Notes under the pieces: model-generated
The model's input: the letters and a program-made list of their open reading frames with translations, nothing else
The model's database searches: none
What the model was told of the DNA's origin: nothing
DNA from: Pseudomonadota bacterium
GTDB taxonomy: Bacteria > Chloroflexota > Ktedonobacteria > Ktedonobacterales > JADMIN01
Length of the DNA: 64,000 nt
Reading direction: 5' to 3'
NCBI GenBank assembly: GCA_021324535.1
Contig: JAJPIU010000026.1
Location: 14,093-78,092 of the forward strand
Part shown: positions 60,590 to 64,000 of the stretch, in pieces
Position numbering within the stretch: position 1 is the stretch's first letter
Layout of the letters: each line of letters begins with the position of its first letter
Program-made: the position numbers and the translations under genes

Positions 60590-60676
60590 TGGTGCCAAAA
60601 GGGGGACTCGAACCCCCACGAGCGTACGCTCACAACGCCCTGAACGTTGCGTGTCTACCAATTCCACCATTTTGGC
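60590..60676 (-). tRNA. tRNA-Leu (anticodon CAG)
   Basis: The reverse complement is GCCAAAATGGTGGAATTGGTAGACACGCAACGTTCAGGGCGTTGTGAGCGTACGCTCGTGGGGGTTCGAGTCCCCCTTTTGGCACCA. The acceptor is GCCAAAA/TTTTGGC, the anticodon loop is TTCAGGG, a variable arm is present, and CCA is encoded. Confidence 0.9.
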
Positions 60677-60767
60677 TTGGTTGTTTGACTTCCCTCGCGG
60701 GTCGTCAGGGACGTATCTATGATACGCCATCCACAGCCCAATGTCAAGCGTTGCAATGACGAATATC

Positions 60768-61598
60768 TCACCTGCCTGCGATTCCTCTCCAATCGGCGGC
60801 CATCTCCTCCGCGTGCGGCATGCCGCTGGCAAGATACGCCGCAATCACCGCCTCCACATCATAGGGAACACGCCGTAGCTCGATGCGCAATCCTGGCTGT
60901 CCCTCCCTATAGGTCAGGATTGCGTATTCCGCGCAGGGTAGCAGCCGGAACTCGCCCTGCGCTGTCTCTATCAATGGCAGGCCAACACTGCCGGGATTGA
61001 GCAGTGTCAGATTGCGATAGCGCCGCAGCATTTGCAGGTGGGTGTGCCCGCTTGCCACCACTGCTACTCGCTTCTCATCTACCTCCGCAAGCCACGTCTC
61101 CAGCTTCTCGGCGGGCGTCGTCGCCTCCGTGCGGTCGTTATACGAGCGCGGCGAACCATGACAGCACAGCAGCATGCGCCTGCCTTCAGCGCCACCCAGG
61201 CTTACCTCCAGTGTTGGGACGAACCCGCGTAGGTAGGCCAGGTCATCCGGCATCATCTGGCGCGCCGTCCACTGGTTCACCTCGCGCGAACGCTGTTTCT
61301 CTTCGGATGGCGCCTCCTCGCCCAGCTTGCCCGACGCATCGGCCAGCGTGTCGGCGTTAGGTTGCGCCAGGCGTGCGGCGCGCTTGATGAGCTTATCATC
61401 GGTGTTGCCCATGATGACCGGGCAACCCAGCTCACGCAGACGGGCAATCGTCTCATGCGGCTGCGGCCCTTCCTGCGCCACATCGCCCAGGCAGACGATG
61501 TGTTCCGGCTCACCCTCCTGCGTCGCACGCATGTCCGCCAGCACAGCGTCGAGCGCGGTCAGGTTGCCGTGCACGTCCGAGATAATCGCCAGCCGCAT
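60768..61598 (-). CDS. calcineurin-like metallophosphoesterase
   Basis: The motifs are ISDVHGN, CLGDV, GNTD and ASGHTH. The protein is 276 aa. Confidence 0.85.
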   Translation of the reverse strand: MRLAIISDVHGNLTALDAVLADMRATQEGEPEHIVCLGDVAQEGPQPHETIARLRELGCPVIMGNTDDKLIKRAARLAQPNADTLADASGKLGEEAPSEEKQRSREVNQWTARQMMPDDLAYLRGFVPTLEVSLGGAEGRRMLLCCHGSPRSYNDRTEATTPAEKLETWLAEVDEKRVAVVASGHTHLQMLRRYRNLTLLNPGSVGLPLIETAQGEFRLLPCAEYAILTYREGQPGLRIELRRVPYDVEAVIAAYLASGMPHAEEMAADWRGIAGR

Positions 61599-61795
61599 AA
61601 GTGGCCTCCTACCCTACCCGTCTTGAAACCAATCGTTTCTCATTTTGCTCCACTATTGCAGCATACCACAGGCGAGATAGCGAGAGCAGGGCCACACTTC
61701 CCCTTACCCCCAGCCGTCGCGCTTCGCTATGCTATGAGCAATGTGATCGGCAGAACGAGGCGAAAAGACAAGACAAGACAAAAGGGGTGGCAAAG

Positions 61796-63028
61796 ATGTT
61801 GACCGTCGAAGAGGCGCGCGAGCGCATTCTGGCGCAGATGAAGCCGCTGGACAGCGAGGATGTTCCGCTGACCGAGGCGTTGGGGCGCGTTGTTGCGCAT
61901 GTTGTGGTCTCCCAGGAGGCCGTGCCGCCGTTCGCCAACTCCGCGATGGATGGCTATGCGATCCGCGCCGCCGATACCGAGGGGGCCAGCAAGACCGCGC
62001 CAATTGATCTGCGGCTGGTGGGTGAGGTTCCCGCTGGGCGTCTCTACGCGGGCGAGATGCACGTCGGCGAGGCGGTACGCATTCTCACGGGTGCTGCCGT
62101 TCCCGATGGCGCCGACGCAGTGATCCAGCAGGAGCTGGTGACGGTGAAGGATGGGATCGTCACGCTTACTCAGCCGGTTGCGCCGAATACAAATATCCGT
62201 CCGGCGGGCGGCGATGTGCGCCCCGGCGTGACGCTCGTGCGCGCGGGAACTGAGCTTGGCCCCTCGGAGATCGCCCTGCTTGCGGCGGTGGGCGCGCACC
62301 CTATCACCGTCACGCGGCGGCCCAGGGTGGCTCTGCTCACCACTGGCGACGAGCTTGCGCCATTGGGGACGGCGCCACAGCCGGGACAGATTCACGAGAG
62401 CAACATGCCCTATCTTATCGCAGCGATCCGGCGGGCGGGCGGCGATCCCTGGTGGCTGGGCATCGCGCCCGACCGCATCGAGACCCTGCGCGCCATGCTC
62501 GATCAGGCGCGTGAGGCTGACCTGATCCTCACGTCAGGCGGCGTCTCGGTAGGCGATTACGATCTTGTCAAGCAGGTACTATCCGAGGCCGGGAACATTG
62601 GCTTCTGGCGCGTGCGGATGCGCCCTGGGAAGCCGGTAGCGTTTGGTCTGCTAGGGACGACGCCGCTGCTTGGCCTTCCAGGGAATCCCGTCTCGGCGGC
62701 TGTCACATTCGAGTTGTTCGGGCGGCCCGCAATTCGGCGGATGCTTGGCGCGGCGCAGGTGGAGCGCCCGCAGATCATCGTGGAGTATGAGGGCGAGGCT
62801 ATCCCCCAGGGCGACCGTCGCCACTTTGTGCGCGCCCGTCTGCATACACACGGCGCCCGCTTGATTGCCCGCACAACCGGCGCACAGGACTCGCATCTGA
62901 TCTCATCGTTGCAGGGGGCGTCCGCGCTGCTGGACATCCCCGAAGGCGATGGCGCCATCCACAGCGGCGACCTCGTACCGGCTCTATTGCTCAACGACGC
63001 GCTTCCCTGGGATATAGAAGTGGGCTGA
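61796..63028 (+). CDS. moeA: molybdopterin molybdenumtransferase MoeA
   Basis: ATG 61796 has AAAGGGGTGG upstream (the ORF opens at 61601). The sequence is MLTVEEARERIL..., PPFANSAMDGYA, ILTGAAVPDGADAV, SGGVSVGDYD, GLPGNPVSA. Confidence 0.9.
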   Translation: MLTVEEARERILAQMKPLDSEDVPLTEALGRVVAHVVVSQEAVPPFANSAMDGYAIRAADTEGASKTAPIDLRLVGEVPAGRLYAGEMHVGEAVRILTGAAVPDGADAVIQQELVTVKDGIVTLTQPVAPNTNIRPAGGDVRPGVTLVRAGTELGPSEIALLAAVGAHPITVTRRPRVALLTTGDELAPLGTAPQPGQIHESNMPYLIAAIRRAGGDPWWLGIAPDRIETLRAMLDQAREADLILTSGGVSVGDYDLVKQVLSEAGNIGFWRVRMRPGKPVAFGLLGTTPLLGLPGNPVSAAVTFELFGRPAIRRMLGAAQVERPQIIVEYEGEAIPQGDRRHFVRARLHTHGARLIARTTGAQDSHLISSLQGASALLDIPEGDGAIHSGDLVPALLLNDALPWDIEVG

Positions 63029-63090
63029 CTCATCAATGGCATGTGGCCAAGGCGCGCTGGATACCCGCCCGCTTCAGTATCCGCTCTTCC

Positions 63091-63112
63091 CCCCTCCCAT
63101 CTATGGGAGGGG
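63091..63112. terminator. 9-bp-stem hairpin (CCCCTCCCA TCTA TGGGAGGGG) between convergent moeA and the DUF4388 gene
   Basis: Read directly. It is related in sequence to the hairpins at 4553 and 9056. There is no flanking T-tract, so terminator function is uncertain. Confidence 0.35.
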
Positions 63113-63123
63113 CCGGGAGTAGG

Positions 63124-63885
63124 TCACGCCTTCACGGCAGGTTGTGGGCCTGAGCCTTCCATGGTTCCGGCCACAAGCAACACGCCGCTGGCGATCAACT
63201 CGTTCGCGATCTGGAGGGAACGGCGCTCGTTCTGCTGGAGTTTCTCGCTGACCTCCATCAGCGTACCTTGGCCATCCACCGCCGTGAGGAACTTCCATTG
63301 CTCGCGCGTCAGCCTGATGCGCTCGACCCCCGGCTCAAGCTCGGCGAAGTCAATCACCGTTTCGGGGGTGAGCGGAGGCGCCTGGCGTGGCGCGCTGGGA
63401 CTTTGGGTGAGGCGTTGCGCCTGCGCCAAGAGTTGTCCTGTTGGCAATGGGATTGCCACGCGCCCCTGAGGAATCACCACGCCCTCCTCGAAGAAAAACT
63501 CGCCCTCAGGCCAGCTCAGGATGACCCCCAACAGCGCCACCGCGTCGTCAACCGCCCACGCGCGCAGCCGCTCCTGCGTGAGAAATCGCGCGCTGATCAG
63601 CATACGTACCGTCTGCACATCGGTGATGTCGCCAACATGCTCTGGCGCCACTCCCGTCGCGCGCTCGAACTGGGCAGGTGTGATCACGCCCGCGCGTGCC
63701 AGTTGTTGGGCAAGCGTCAGGTTCTGGCCGATGCGCTCCGCAAGCAACCATTGGCCACCTGAGAAAAAGACAGCCGCACGACGGACGCCGTTTTCCACGT
63801 ACAGGCAGCCGGTCATCTGGCGACTCTCAATCACCTGGATGACATCGGCGAGCGCAAACTGTGTTAGACTCCCGGCAAGCGGCAT
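63124..63885 (-). CDS. DUF4388 (PatA-N-like) domain protein
   Basis: The N-terminus GSLTQFALADVIQVIESRQMTGCLYVENGVRRAAVFFSGGQWLLAE matches the DUF4388 pattern (G-L-x4-L-x-D-hhQ...G-x-L). A second similar module follows. Confidence 0.65.
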   Translation of the reverse strand: MPLAGSLTQFALADVIQVIESRQMTGCLYVENGVRRAAVFFSGGQWLLAERIGQNLTLAQQLARAGVITPAQFERATGVAPEHVGDITDVQTVRMLISARFLTQERLRAWAVDDAVALLGVILSWPEGEFFFEEGVVIPQGRVAIPLPTGQLLAQAQRLTQSPSAPRQAPPLTPETVIDFAELEPGVERIRLTREQWKFLTAVDGQGTLMEVSEKLQQNERRSLQIANELIASGVLLVAGTMEGSGPQPAVKA

Positions 63886-64000
63886 ATGTCGTCTCCTTTG
63901 GTCTCCGTTGTCTGTGGAATCAATCTATAGGCTAGCGCAAAACAGCGCATCTAGCAAGTGTCTCTTTTCGCTTCTTGGCTTCTCCCTGGTTGGTTCTGAC

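Noticed and set aside
60314-60844. A 176-aa minus-strand ORF and a 159-aa plus-strand ORF (60044-60523) covering the tRNA region. The latter has a short helix-hairpin-helix-like stretch (VVERLQRYGLRTLGHIARLTEAQLRR) reminiscent of Y-family polymerases.
   Set aside because: Both run through the two well-folding tRNA genes. The HhH-like match is about 30 aa with no polymerase motifs around it. At most it is an unprovable gene fragment.

Overview
High-GC (about 60-70% by eye), gene-dense bacterial chromosome. The gene content (mglBA, WXG100 proteins, Pro/Thr-linker surface proteins, DoxX-Rieske fusion) suggests a Terrabacteria lineage, possibly a Chloroflexota/Ktedonobacteria-like organism; this is a guess and cannot be verified here. 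Most of the window is housekeeping or accessory metabolism: UDP-xylose synthase, ECF sigma/anti-sigma pair, mglBA, aldehyde dehydrogenase, mutY-like, SDR, beta-lactamase-family hydrolase, prmC, bifunctional homocysteine methyltransferase/MTHFR, a liv-type ABC operon, moeA, and tRNA-Ser and tRNA-Leu. Three blocks stand out. (1) 36.4-53.2 kb holds a compact ten-gene minus-strand operon. It encodes a surface vWA protein, a ~1000-aa protein with the canonical tubulin signature GGGTGSG, a ~950-aa degenerate paralog, membrane and coiled-coil proteins, several proteins I cannot assign, and two classical AAA+ ATPases. I know of no characterised system with this gene set, and it is my main candidate for a new system. 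(2) 16.9-20.7 kb holds an ESX/type VII-like substrate module: a WXG100 protein with a YxxxE signal, a PE/PPE-like small+large helical pair, and an EspG-like protein. No secretion ATPase lies in the window. (3) 54.8-60.7 kb holds a lower-GC giant polytopic membrane protein gene and a decayed BREX locus (frameshifted brxA, brxB-like fragment, 3' half of brxL) next to the two tRNAs. There is also gene decay elsewhere: an amber stop in livM, a frameshifted methyltransferase, a truncated ECF sigma, and a mini-paralog of the anti-sigma protein. Two repeat patterns recur: a small family of C5TTCCC/GGGAAG5 hairpins at gene 3' ends, and 8-13 bp tandem duplications at gene boundaries. No rRNA, CRISPR array, transposase or integrase was seen.
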